Notes under the pieces: generated by a model
The model's input: the letters and a program-made list of their open reading frames with translations, nothing else
The model's database searches: none
Told to the model about the DNA's origin: nothing
Shown: positions 11,921-24,433 of the stretch, piece by piece
Numbering within the stretch: position 1 is the stretch's first letter
How the letters are laid out: every line of letters starts with the position of its first letter
Source: Oikopleura dioica
Taxonomy: Eukaryota; Animalia; Chordata
Reading direction: 5' to 3'
Assembly: GCA_907165135.1 (NCBI GenBank)
Contig: OU015570.1
Span: 2,129,929 to 2,193,928 of the forward strand
DNA length: 64,000 nucleotides
Translations under genes and position numbers: made by a program

Positions 11921-14900
11921 TCTCGATAATATATTATTCTCCTCGGTCTAAGATTCTGTTCATATCCGGGGTTTTGAAATCTCGATGGCGTATTATTGGG
12001 TTCGATTCTGTTTTGTGAATTTTGGGTTGCTCTCTGGTGAATATTTGAAGACTGGTCGGGTTCGAAAGGATCTGTTTTTGGATCGAGTGGCACTGGGGCT
12101 GGCTTGTCGTTGATCATAAAAATTCCGTCGACGCTGACACGGACTGCGCGATTGCGCACAGCCTCTAACATGTTCTCAGTCATGAACAATTTGCGAATCA
12201 TTTTCTCATTCCTGATGCACCTGGTTTCATTAACCATATGTTCTATCTCTACGGCCCCGTTATTATTCCTTAAAACCAGATACGGCCCTGTACTGGCGTT
12301 CCCATGGCCGAGAGTTTTATTATTTACGACAATCACTACATCACCTTCCTTTATGGTGTCCTCGATAAGTATAGATTTTCTCTTTATTTCGCGCTTAAAA
12401 CAAATATAAATTTGTATCCCAAATTTCTCTCGCCTCCGCTTTCTGTTCCTCAGAAAAGTCTCCATAATTATTTTGAATCTCCTCTAAATGTTCTACTTGA
12501 ACAATAAGATTTTGTGGCTGTCCCGATAAAATTTCTGCCGGAACTTTTAAACCTAAATTTTGCTTTGGCTTCGAGTTGTAACTGTTGTGAGCTAGCTGTA
12601 GTCTCTCCGTATCATTCATGTTTAGCTCGTCAGCTAAACTTTGGCACGCTTCTAAATGTCTCCTAAAGATTTTATGCACCCTTACAACTGGGTTGGCAGT
12701 AGGATTGTATCCCGTTGGGTTTGAATGCCTTATCCCATACTTTTTAAGAAAAATGCGGAACTCGTCGCTCCTAAATTCGGGTCCTCCGTCACGTTAAATC
12801 GAGTTTCCCGGACCAAGTGAATATTTGAAAATTAAAATAGTCATCGCCTTAATGACTGATTTCGACGTTTTATCCAAAATTGGCATAATATCTAGATGTT
12901 CTGAGAATTCGTCTAAAAATGACATTCCAAATGGCGCCGTTTCCGATTTTTTATCTAAGACCAAAAGGTCCAAGCTAAATTTCTGAAAAGGAAAAATCGG
13001 CAATGTCATGTGTCTTATTGGCTGACTTCTGTGCGGCTTCTGCTTTAACGCGCAAAGATAACAGTTAGCACGCATTTCTCGCATCAGGTAAATTTTATTG
13101 TTAATGAAAATTCTATCAACTTCCAGTTTTTTTCGAAATCGCGGCTTCCGCGCTATGCCCGTAGGACATATGGAGAGTGATGAGTATTTCTTTCGCTTGT
13201 TTTTCCGGAATAACGTAGCAAAAGTGATTTTTTCTATGGTCAAATCTCATCAAAACTCCTCCTTCCCCTTCTTGAAATTCAGCAGGCCCGATATTCCAAA
13301 TGATTATCATTTAAGCGAAAAATTCCTTGACAAAAAGGGTCAGCGTCCTGCGCATTTTTCAATGCCTGTAAATCCAGAGTTATTTCAGACAAATGCCTGT
13401 GTTTGTAGTCCTGAAGAACTTCGAAATGGTTAAAATTTTCACTTGGGAGGACTCCTCCAACCCACTCTACTATCTCGCTTTGTTCAATTTTTCCGGAAGT
13501 TGATATTGCTCTGGATAGGCCATCGCAAATTTGAATTATTTCATCTTTAGCTGATGCATATCTAAGTTCTAGGTTTGGGTACTGAAAAAGTGTTAAAAGG
13601 GCTTTCCTGACTCGTGTCACTGGAAATTTTTTAAGCGCTTCACTTTCTTTATAGTTACAAATACTTTTGTGATCACAAATTACCGTTACGGGTACAGCCT
13701 CCGATAAAATATCCTTAAAATACTCCAAAGCTCTTTGAATCCCTTTAAGCTCGCGATTGCGACTCGATTCTAGCTTAAATTTTTCCTCAAAAACGCCTGA
13801 CTCAAATGCAATGGGCTTAAAGTCTTGGATTTCCGTTCTCCCACTTTTCCTATTCCAAAGACTGTTCCGAAACCTTCCAGGCTCGCATCAACCGCTAAAA
13901 CATAACTTTCCCCCTTACAAGGAATCGGATAAAACGTGAGATTTTCCTTGTTGATTTCGACTTTTAATTTTTCTACCGCTTCGTCAACTTCCTTGCTACC
14001 CTTAAAATCTTTATTCGAGCTTTCCTTTGCTAATGCACTTAGATAAAATTGGGCTCTTGGCAGGGATCTAGTGAAAAAGTTGCAGCTACCCATAAAATTC
14101 TGAATTTGCTTTTGAGTTTTTGGTGACTCCATTTTCAGAAGTCCTTCCATTTTATTCCTTAGAGGAGTGATTCCGACTGAATTAATCGAAAATCCCAAAA
14201 AGTTAACTTTGCGCTTAGCTATGTGCGTTTTCTTAATATCTAGAACTAAATTATTTTTCAGAATTATTGAAAGTAGCCAGCTTAGCGCCTGCTCGGTGCT
14301 ATCTTTACGATGGATGAGTAAAATATCGTCGATGTAAAGTTCGATTCTGAAAAATTTCGCTAGATTCTCTGGCAGAACCAATGTCTCAGCGATAAATTGC
14401 GAAAATACTGCTGGTGCAAGGCTTAGCCCTTGAGACATTTTTGCATATTGCTAAAGTTTATTTCGGCCACTGAAGGCTGTAAATTTCCGAATTTTCGGTT
14501 CTAGCGCAAGTGTGTTATATCCCGATTTTAAATCTACAGATGTAAATAAAATCCCTGACTCACTTTATTTCTTAAGTTCGTTTATGTGGCTAGCTATGGA
14601 ATAAAATAGATCTCGAATGGGTCGAATAGGCCGTTGTGGCACGTGTAAACACTCATTGAGCCAGGTTTAAAAATTTGTCACCATTCGCAATTTTGAATTC
14701 TTTTTTGGAATAAACATCGATGGGCTTGACCAACTAGAATTACTTTTCTCAATGGTTCCGTTTATTTCTAATCCCTTCAAGAACTCCAAAATTTTATTTT
14801 GATCCGCCGATGGATTTCGATAAGCAGATCTTTGCTCGGGCTGTCGAGCCGATCTCGCCAATCTCGCCGATCTCGCCAACTAGAGCGTTTCTATCGATAA

Positions 14901-15356
14901 TAATTAGCCCCTCACCCTTATTAAAACCCGTTAAAATTCCCGTATGTAAATTGAGACCTTCGAAAACAACATTTTCCGCTCGTAGGTTTTGCACTGGATC
15001 CGGAAGCAATTCCATTTTATCCTTTTTATGTCGATCGAGCTTCTGGAATTTTAAATTTATCTTTATCTGAAAACGCGACCGAGGTTGAATGACTGTATCT
15101 TCTTGCGCGATCAAGTCTTTCGTAATGTTTTTCAAATTTAGAAGCGAAGAAATATGGACTGGCTCAGTCAATCGGGCTTCTACGGAAAATGAGTGGATTG
15201 AAATCCCTCTGACTCGGTTCGGCAATTTCTTGAAATTAATATTTAAAAATTGAATAACATTGTACCCGAGAATAATTCTATAACTTATTTTTGGCGTTAT
15301 AAAAAGCTCACACATCGGAACACTTCCTCCCTTTTCAAATTTTAGATTGAGCACTG

Positions 15357-16331
15357 ATAATTTCAAAAAAATTTTTGCGGGTCTGAAAATCGTAAAAATT
15401 CTGAAAGTGCAGTTTTCTTCAGCTTGTTGAGACGAGTCGAATGGTGGGTCAAACTCTTGATAACTCCAAGGATTGTCCGGTTAACCGGCTTGTTACCGGA
15501 AAATACGTTTCCGCTCGCCGTTTTTGTTCTAGAAATGCTAGGATGATGAATGAACCCGGAAACTGATCCTTATGGTCAGTTCGGTAGACGGCGGGTTCCA
15601 TTCTTTGTGAAGAATGATTCTTTTTTCAAAGAATGGTTCTTTTTTGCGAAGAATCATTCTTTTTTAAGAATACATGAAAGGACGCATAAAAGACACTCAA
15701 AAGTTCAGAAACAAAATCCTGTCTATGCAAATAACTCAGGAGCGAGTGTGCGCTTCGCGCCAGTTATCAGGGAAACTCCTAAGTGTTTGGCATCTTAGAA
15801 TTTTGATATATCCGAAAAACCTTTTTTTACCTCATTTTCTCTAGAATATTGAGAAAAAGAATGATTCTTTAAAAAGAATGGAACCCGCCGTCACCCGGTC
15901 AGTTCTACTGTGGGCAAAAAGATATTGGTCAAATATATAGCGAAACTCTTTTTAACGATAAAAATTCTAAATTTTGTATGTATTTTGTTGTTGCTGCACC
16001 TTCCTAATTTTCGGTCCCATTTTCATAAGAAAATAGAATTTTGGTGATAAGCATCTTATGGTTAGAGATATGATTCTCATTTTTTCACCCACAGAAGAAC
16101 TAACTTCAACGACCAGTTTCCCGCTTTTTTTGTCATTCTAGCATTTCTAGAACAAAAACGGCGACCGGAAATGTACTTTCCGGGAAATTGCCGGCTAACC
16201 GGTTAATCATTGGAGTCATCAAAAGTTTGACCCATTGACCCGTTGATTCGACTCGTCTCGACGAGCTCAAGAAAACTGCACTTTCAGATTTTTTATGATT
16301 TCCGGACCCGCAAAAATTTTTTTGAAATTAT
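15357..16331. mobile_element. Foldback element (~190-bp imperfect arms) in the protease of element 1
   Basis: Apparent 5-bp TSD CACTG. Removing it restores in-frame EKTV|LNLKF. Confidence 0.8.
15583..15896. mobile_element. MULE-type MITE nested in the foldback
   Basis: TIR GG..GACGGCGGGTTCCATTCTTT, 9-bp TSD GGTCAGTTC. Confidence 0.75.
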
Positions 16332-16822
16332 CACTGTTTTCTCGGAGAGCTCGGATATAACGTGACCATCACCCCCTTTTAACGTTAGATTTTCTGCTTT
16401 CTTCCTTCTTAGATTTAATTCGGTTACTAGACTCTCTTCTATCAGGCTTACTGACGCTCCAGTATCCAAAAGACACCATATTTTATTGTTATGAAAGTTA
16501 TCTATTGTTATCTGTATTAATGGAAAACTTTTATACACGTTGATCTTTCTGGGAGGATACCTCCCCAAAAATTTCAATAGCGAGGGTTCGTTTTTAAAGA
16601 GCAGTTATTTCCGAAAATTTCATTTATTTCCTTTTTACAAAGATATATACGCGGTTTTGTTACGATTTTCAAAAATAACAATGTAAAATAGTCACTAAAA
16701 CAAGACAAAACAAAACAGGAGGAGTCCTCCTAAAAATTACATTTTATCCTAAACTAAGGAGGAGTCCTCCTAAAATTATACTTTACCCTAAACTAAGAAG
16801 GTGTCCTCCTAAAAAGTCCCCA

Positions 16823-18164
16823 TTATTGGCTATTTTGTTTAAGTGGACACTGTCTGCTAAAGTGACCGCTCTGCTTGCAGTAATAACAAACGTAGCTCCC
16901 CTGGTTTGGGCAGTTTCTCAAAATATGACCGGATGACCCACAACCCCAGCAGATTCCCTCTTGATTTCCGATTGGTGGTTTGTTTTGTCGAGGGGCTGGC
17001 CTTGGGCCTTGTTGCTGAAAATTTTGTGGTGCCCAAGCTGGGTTCGCTCTTGGTGCGTAAAAGTTATTTCTTTGTTGAGGTTTAAAGCCGCCGCCGACTT
17101 GGTGTCTTGGGTTATAATTATGATAATTACCCGGGCTCTGAGAACTTTCTGGGTTCTGAAAATTACTTCCTTGACCTTTGAAGTTCTGCTTTCCATAGTT
17201 ATTTTTGCCATAATTTTTGTAGCCATTATTTTTATAGGTCTTGCTTTGATCTTTTTGAGTCTTCTGCTCGTTTTTCTGTACAATTTTCACATTGTTGAGT
17301 GACGAAAGTTTCTTTTGACTTAAAAAATTCTCAGAGAATCTTACTTATTCTTCTCCTTCTATATTCATGCTAATAACTTGAAAAACTGCGTCACTGGGGC
17401 AAATTTTCTTTCGAAAGTGCATGTCTGCGAATTTGGTTTGTCCCTTATTATTTGGAAACATTTTAGATGCACTTGCCATTTGGACAAGTCTCCTGTAAAA
17501 ACTTTGTGGTGTGTCCCTGGCTGGGTTAAATGTGAGCATTTCGATTTCACGCAAAACAAGCTTATCGGGCTTTCTAGCCACTTCTTCAACAATTTTCTTG
17601 AAAGCTGCAATATTAAGTTTTTCCCTTGGGTCTCTAACTCCCTCAATTTATCAGTGAGCCCTTCCGAAATGGTTTTTGTATCAATTGCAGCCACGATGTA
17701 GCCGATAAATTGTTTATCTGAAATTTTCTTACTTCCATTTTGCAATTTAAGGTTAAAGAGCTGATTTTCAACCCATGTTGGCAACCCATCCCGATCATCT
17801 TTATCAGTAAATCTTTTCGGTAATTTGTAATATCTTCGCCCGCAACAACGTGTCTGTTGTACAAGAAATTAAGGGCGTTTCCGATGTTATTTTCGGTAGT
17901 TGTTATGTGTTTTGGATCGAAAAGTGGAATATTCTCTACTATTCCGGGGATTTCCGAGCAAAATTGTTCGTACGTTTTTGTTTCCAATTTATCGAGATCA
18001 CTTGGGATTTGTTTAAGGTATGGCATTGCGAAAACGATATACAAATTTTTGTATGGCTCTTCCTCTCTTTTACTGAGTAAATAAAGTGCCATTGCTATGA
18101 CGTGAGGTTCGCTTCTATTTTTCTTCCCATGCCTTTTTAAGTATTCTTTTTTTTTATGACTCAA
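16823..18164 (-). pseudogene. gag: gag of element 1 (frameshifted pieces)
   Basis: ORFs 17643-18164, 17345-17581 and 16823-17290. Two CX2CX4HX4C knuckles (CWGCGSSGHILRNC, CYYCKQSGHFSRQC). Confidence 0.85.
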
Positions 18165-18281
18165 TCGCGTTATTACCCTTTGAAAAACTCATCCAAGCTA
18201 ATAATTGTTCCATTCTAACTAACTGTATATCATCAAGTGACAACCTGTGCATTTTATACGAGGGGGGTCTCATCTTAGTTT

Positions 18282-18293
18282 TTTCAGTCACCA
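18282..18293 (-). promoter_or_regulatory. Putative primer binding site of element 1
   Basis: TGGTGACTGAAA on the minus strand between LTR and gag. Cognate tRNA not identified. Confidence 0.55.
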
Positions 18294-18296
18294 GAA

Positions 18297-18582
18297 AGAG
18301 ATTAAACAGGTTATCCCTGATAGACTATACTGGCAAAGACTGCTTTCCTAATGACTGGTATGGGCCGATGGCTAACAGGTGTCTGACTTGCTGATATACT
18401 TGCTAATTGATAAGAATGAATCCACCTAGTAAATTTACACTTGATTTATTTAATGTTAATATCTCTTGAACAGTTGGGTGGAGTCAGTGATGTTATCATT
18501 TTCGTCGCTTAGTCTTCGTCGGTGAGCGTCCTGCTCACGAGCGCCTGCGCGCCATTTTTTGGATCGTAATTGTTCATTCTCT
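18297..18582 (-). repeat. 5' LTR of element 1
   Basis: Terminal inverted AGAGA/TCTCT. PBS-like motif 3 nt from its inner end. Right part matches 389-544. Inner boundary is inferred. Confidence 0.7.
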
Positions 18583-19032
18583 TAGGGAACTTAAGTGGTT
18601 CGGTAAAACTATGAATTCGACACCAACATAAAATAAACAATGCTTTCCCTTAGATGTTCATAGCGGGATATCAGTCAGCAGCCGCCCTCTTTCGGTCAAG
18701 ATATTGAATTTGTGGGCATTACTCTTGCTCAGCAATCATATGAATTCAATTTGTTGATATAAATGAAACAGTAATTCTAAGAACAATTTTTGTAAATGCT
18801 TCATTCCTGCAATTATAAAATGCTGCAGCATTTTCTATTTTCTTTTGGTCAGATTCAACAGCAATCTGACATTTATGCTTTTAATAAATAAGTCGAAGAG
18901 TAAACAGACTTTTTGCGGTTTTTTTTTTCATTTAATTTCATCATTTTGAGAGATAAATTTATTCGGAATGTTAATTTTAGAAAAGAATTAACGAAAATTC
19001 TAAAGATTCTGGAGATATTCAATTTGCTCGAA

Positions 19033-19203
19033 CTAATGAAGGCAGAGGCACATAGCGCATTTGTTTCTCCAGCGACGAAGCTCATCATTTTGGAGTTTTG
19101 TGTGGCAATCCACACAGAAGAAATGTCCGCATAGCGTCACATAAATATCTTCGTCAATGTCATTTTTGCAAATTTTGCATGTTGTCATCTCTTCGTCGGA
19201 CAT
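19033..19203 (-). CDS. C3HC4 RING-finger ORF (56 aa, possibly the last exon of a longer gene)
   Basis: CKIC-x12-CGHFFCVDC-x15-CAMC. Below the ORF-track length cutoff, translated by hand. Confidence 0.7.
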   Translation of the reverse strand: MSDEEMTTCKICKNDIDEDIYVTLCGHFFCVDCHTKLQNDELRRWRNKCAMCLCLH

Positions 19204-20059
19204 TTCCCTGTCGCGAGAAATTCGCTGGGCTGCTCTTCTTTAGAATTTTTTAGAATTCTATTTCATGAGGGAAGAACGAGGAAAGTGGTCGAAGTGGGAT
19301 GATACTTCGTCTGGTAATGCGGGAATTTTGGAGGAGGATATGCCATTCGTTACTGTTGAAGGGCATGTAGTTGCATAATTTGCAGGTTTCGCAAACATTC
19401 ATCACATCTTGAACTTTGTCTGAAGCCGGCTATCGGTATGTCAAAAGCTGAGTCCGCTTCTTGGTTGTAGGCGGTCATCTGGGCAGACCTGTCCAGGAAG
19501 TCGAATTTGCTTTCCTGGACAGTTTCTGCACAGGAACTGAGGGCACAGTGTTCCTGGACAGAGTTCCGTCTAGGAAAGGCGTTTCGAAGTTCCGATTTGT
19601 AAAGATCTAGCACTCCATTTTAGTGACTACAATATCTTTCTTAGTGAATCGGTAACGCAAAATTTTTGATAGCATAAAACCAGAAAATTGTATGCGCTCC
19701 GCGCCTGATTTGAGAGTTTCATTCATTTCAAAGGTCATATATTTTCTCTACAGTTGCACATTTATCATTCAAAGTCACTTTTTGATCGTAATTTTGAATC
19801 TAGCTCCCTGCCACCCTTTAAACTCGATTTCAAAGTCATCTTGAAAGTTAAATTTACGACAGGAAATCAGTTATCGTTCCATATTGAGGAAAAATTGAAA
19901 GTTAAAAGATTAAAAGTCTCTAGATTTGCTTAGTTAGATGAGAGAAAACTGTGCAGGACTTATTGATATTAAAATGGATATTTTTTGTCTCGAGTCGGAT
20001 AAAGGCGAATTAAGGCCAGCGCAAGAGCGCCTTCGAGCGGCAAAGGGCAGGTATCCATA

Positions 20060-20281
20060 CAGTCAGGTCTTGCAATTGCGCGAACTGCAATTGCGCGGTT
20101 TTCGGCGAAAATCCCGAAAATTTTGCATTTTCCAAAAATGCTTTTTTTCATAGTAAAAAGAAAAGAGGCGAAAAAGGTCAATTAAATTGTCCCATTTTCA
20201 AAAAAAATTGACGGCTTGCAATTACGCGGTTTTTGGTGAAATTCCCGAAAAATAAAACCGCGCATTTGCAAGACCTGACTG
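20060..20281. mobile_element. Tc1/mariner-type MITE (222 bp), copy 1
   Basis: TIR CAGTCAGGTCTTGCAA, TA TSD, essentially identical to 34574-34795. Confidence 0.92.
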
Positions 20282-20887
20282 TATATGGATACCTCGATTT
20301 TTTCGGGGCAATGCATTGAAATCATCGGTATCTATAGTATTATCTATAGTTAAATGCTTTAAATTCAATTTAAAAGGAATCCACAAGGCCAAGGCAGATT
20401 CTGCAAATGCAAATTTTTCTCTTGGGTCTGTTCTTACATATGATTACAAATTAGTGGTTTGGGCATCTAATTTACTCGAGATATTTGGGAGAGAATGCAA
20501 ATTTTTACCACAAAAGAATGAGCCAAGGACTAAAGTTGATTGAAAAAAATATAGTTGACGCGTGTCAAATCCTATAAAAGTTTACTGAACAAAAATTAAA
20601 ATCCTTTTTTTTTCATAAAAAGTCTGAAAATAAATCTTCTGATATCAAAATCTATCGAATTTGATTTTTTGAAAGTTTTTCATCCCAAAAAAGTCTCAAC
20701 TTTTGCAAAATCGACCGTTACTTCTGACAAAATAGTCAGATCGCGCAAATTTTTGGCTGAGATAGGTTTTAAGACACAGCGAATAAGATGTAATGAGATT
20801 CATTCGAGCAAAGAAATTTTTTTTGGCCGACCCTACTATAGACTATTGTTAGGCATAACGCACAAAAAAATCAACTTTTTCCCTGTA

Positions 20888-21652
20888 CCGTGGTTTTCCA
20901 TTTTAAGAGCGTTTTTTAGATGACAGGGTTTGCTCAAAACGCTCTTAAATTGGAAATTTTCCTATCGATATAGGATGACAGTGGTTATTTTCATTTTTCA
21001 GGGAATTTCGAAAGTATGAAACAGAAAAGATCTAGAAGCAAAAGTATTTGTATATCAAGATGAGAACGTGAGTGATTTTTTCAGGATTTTCCTCGAGCGT
21101 TTTTTCTTAATCTGATCTCTTTCATTCTTCAAAATGTCAGGAGAAGAAAAGAAAAACACATGTCTTTGGCTTAGAAGAAAAAATATGCGCAGATTCTGGT
21201 GAAGGCTCAAAAAGAAAGGATGGGAGAAAGACTGTCATGGAGATCTAATAGATAATCCGAAGGAAAATGATGGGGAAGACATGCCTCAGTCACTGAGGCT
21301 CAGGGTACATTTTCTAGCCTTTGTAGGAATAGGTAAATTAAATATCTAGGAATCAGATTAAAAGCAAAAGAGCTCCGACCATGATGGTCCGTCGGCGATG
21401 GAGATTGAAGAAGAACCTCAAGTTCAAATGACAGAAGGAGCCGACACTGCCAAACCATTGACTTTAAAATGGCCGGAAAAGCAGTCAGAGATTACACGTT
21501 TTAGTTAATGATTTATTTGAGTCTAAAAATTTTTTGATTGCATAAAAATCTTCAAAAACGCTCTTAAATTGGAATTTTCGCAGATAACATAATTTGCAAA
21601 ATGTTGGCGAAAACGCTCTTACATTGGGCGCTCTTAAAATGGAAAACCACGG
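20888..21652. mobile_element. Tc1/pogo-type non-autonomous element (765 bp)
   Basis: TIR CCGTGGTTTTCCATTTTAAGAGCG, TA TSD. Carries a decayed MSGEEKKKHMSLA*KKKYAQILVK segment. Confidence 0.85.
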
Positions 21653-21990
21653 TATTTCGAAAAGCTTGTATTCCTCTTCAAACTTTTCCAACACGGCCAA
21701 AGCGTTTTTTCCGATCTTAAATAGTTTTTGAGTTTCTTTTCATTTGAATTTAAATTTTACCATCTAAAGCACGTCCATTTCCAATATAAGTTACATCATG
21801 TCCAAGCACCAGGAAAGACCGATCGCTGTCGACTGACCTATCAATAAAGGATGCTGCTCGCCATGGGTTCAAGTCCCTAAAAATTTTTATTTGTCTCTAG
21901 AAGCTCTTTTTTTCTCAAAACTGCGATCCTAGTCTTTTACATTTTTGAAACCAAAGCTCTGTCCGATTTTTTCAAATGTTCCCTAATATA

Positions 21991-22810
21991 CAGGGAAACC
22001 CCAACTTAAGGCCACTTTTTGGATGACAGCTAATTTGAAAAGTGGCCTTAAGTTGGGTGATTCTCCGACTAAGTTGGATGACGCTAAAATTTTTCTATTT
22101 CTGGAGTAAGGGACTGAATCATGGGAATCAAAAATGAAAGGCTAAGGGCCTTATCAGAAATTTCCCGTACGAACCAAGTATGAATTGTAAAAACTGAATG
22201 CGCCATTTAAATCAAACCTTCGGTTATTTTTTCATTCTCTTAAAAATTAATTTGCTGCAAACATGTCGCAAGAAGAAAAGAGAATCCACATGACATTGGC
22301 CGAGAAAAAAAGATATGCAGAGATTCTAGTGAAGACGCCGAAGAAGAGTGATGGAAAGAAGATTATCAATGGGCTATTTCGAAAGAAACATGATGGAAAA
22401 GACATTCCGACGCGGACATTTTCTCGACTTTATGATCAGCGGTTCAAAATCTTGGATTCTTAATCGAAAGTTTCGATTCGTAACGAAGGTTTCAAATGTC
22501 TCAGCATTTCTTGGCGCATCAAATTTATGAAATACGAGCTGCAACTCCGATGGAGGTTGAAGAAGTACCACAAGTTTAAGTGAGAGAAGATGCCGACGCC
22601 GAAAAGCCATCGACTTCAAATCGCCAAAGAAGCAGCCGAAAATAACGAGTTTTTTTATTTAAAAGTGGATCTACAATTTACTCACTGTGAATAAAAATTG
22701 CAAAAAAAGTGGCCTTAAGTTGGATTTTTTTCGGATGACAGATTTCGAGGATTTTTCAAAAAAGTGGCCTTAAATTGCTCGGCCTTAAGTTGGGGTTTCA
22801 CAGTGAAACT
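21991..22810 (+). mobile_element. pogo/Tigger-like deletion derivative with an N-terminal HTH ORF (22263-22463)
   Basis: Imperfect TIR GAAACCCCAACTTAAGGCC with internal copies. ORF MSQEEKRIHMTLAEKKRYAEILV resembles a CENP-B/psq-type N-terminus. Confidence 0.6.
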
Positions 22811-24081
22811 TTCACTATATAATATGTAAGTTATTTGTTGACATTTTTTCTAGAACACATTTGTTTTTGTAATTTTCATCCCTTATTCTTGGATTTTTCA
22901 TACCCTCTGTATATATCCCCTTTGAAACTTTTCTAAATCCATTTTTATTTTTACACCTTCTAGAATCTCCATTGTTTATTTTCCCAAAAAACTTTAATTC
23001 CGATATTTTACACATTTAGTCTCAAATTTCATCTTAATTAATTTTTCATTATTCCATTAATTCTAATATATTTTTCAAATTAACTCACTTTTCGAGCCAT
23101 TTTTTATTTTCTTCTTTAACCGGGATAAATTTTTCTTCCCACATTCAGAATCTTTCAAATTTAAGAAAAGAAGCAAATGACTGTTTTTCCTTTCGACTCT
23201 GGTTTTTATAGCTGATTGGATAAATCCCGAATTATTCACACAAACTGAGCCTAGATCCGGTTCACTATTTTTCATATTTTATCATATTATCTCACGCTTA
23301 TTATTCATTCTACTATTATTACACATATTCTTTCTAATATTAGTAATTTTTCTAGCTTTCGCATTACCTCTTTATCCAATAGTCAAGGTCGTGTTTTGCC
23401 GGAACTAGCTCCATTATTTGATTACTCTTCAAGAAATATGATTTGTTTCAAAAGTCGAGTTTTCAGAGCTAAATCTGGTAAAATTTCCGCGTTTCCGTCT
23501 CAACGACTCAGAAACTGGAATTTTTCCGTTTTTGGTCTAAGCTCGACTTTGAATAAAATCAAACTGATGAGTATTTTTCAGTTGCGCTGCCCTTAGGGAT
23601 GTGTTTTAGAGAAATTCGGGCTTTTTCCCACTTCAAACTCAACAACACCTCAACCTCGCGCACCTTCATCCTAATCCTCTCTAATGACAACAACAACTCC
23701 TAATTCTAGAATTTTTTATAGATCTTGTATAAGAGTTGAGGCCTTACTTTCGGTCAGTCACTGGAGGAGTGAACAAGTCCATCTTTCGATCTTTTCCGAA
23801 GTCCCTTTCGAAGCGTCTAAATAGAAACAATTTTTAAACACAACCGACGATATTTTTAAAATGAGATATATCAAGTTTTCTTAATTAAGATAAAGCCCTT
23901 GCCTGAGGCTTAATGAATAGAGGAAACAAACAGAAAAAATGACCACAATAAACAGTTAGAACTGATGCACAGAATACAGGCGTTTTGTTCTTGCCTAGGC
24001 GGAGTCGTGGTGTAAAGAAAACAAGGATCCAGGAGCTGCAGCTCCGGGCGTGCAGCTTCAGCTTTATGACGATCAGTCTTT

Positions 24082-24433
24082 GGTACATTCGGGTCATTGA
24101 AGATTGCCCATACTGTCGCAGCATCCGAGATCAGTCTGAAGTATCCCAAACCCTCGGTTTTCTTGGTTGAAGATGAGACAAGTGATACTTACGTTTTCAG
24201 CTTCAGGGTTTTCAGCCCCTCTTCTTTGGTAGCGTGATTGCCATGGGCAATGTCTCGTTAGCGATACTTAGAGAATTGCCGTGAAGAACGCTACGAGACA
24301 TTGCCCATGGCAATCACGCTAGCAAAGAAGAGGGGCTGAAAACCCTGAAGCTGAAAACCGAGGGTTTGGGATACTTCAGACCGATCTCGGATGCTGCGAC
24401 AGTATGGGCAATCTTCAATGACCCGAATGTACC
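24082..24433. repeat. Inverted duplication of a gene fragment
   Basis: Arms 24082-24263 and 24289-24433, 25-nt spacer. The right arm lacks a 36-nt GTAAGT-containing segment. Confidence 0.9.

Larger units (their letters stand above)
11917..16577 (-). pseudogene. pol: pol of element 1 (PR-RT-RH-IN), disrupted
   Basis: LLDTGAS protease, QGLSLAP and YIDD RT motifs, VDAS RNase H, HX3GH and PFQKFSLDL integrase. Stops, frameshifts and a 975-bp insertion in PR. Confidence 0.9.
389..18582 (-). mobile_element. LTR retroelement 1: Ty3/gypsy, env-bearing (Tor-like), degenerate, with nested insertions
   Basis: 389-544 repeats 18427-18582 directly. PBS-like TGGTGACTG follows the right-hand LTR and a purine tract precedes the left one. 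gag (2 CCHC), PR, RT (YIDD), RH, IN and env occur in order on the minus strand. Confidence 0.85.

Noticed and set aside
22815-23600. Short ORFs in AT-rich DNA
   Set aside because: No motifs, biased composition, consistent with chance.
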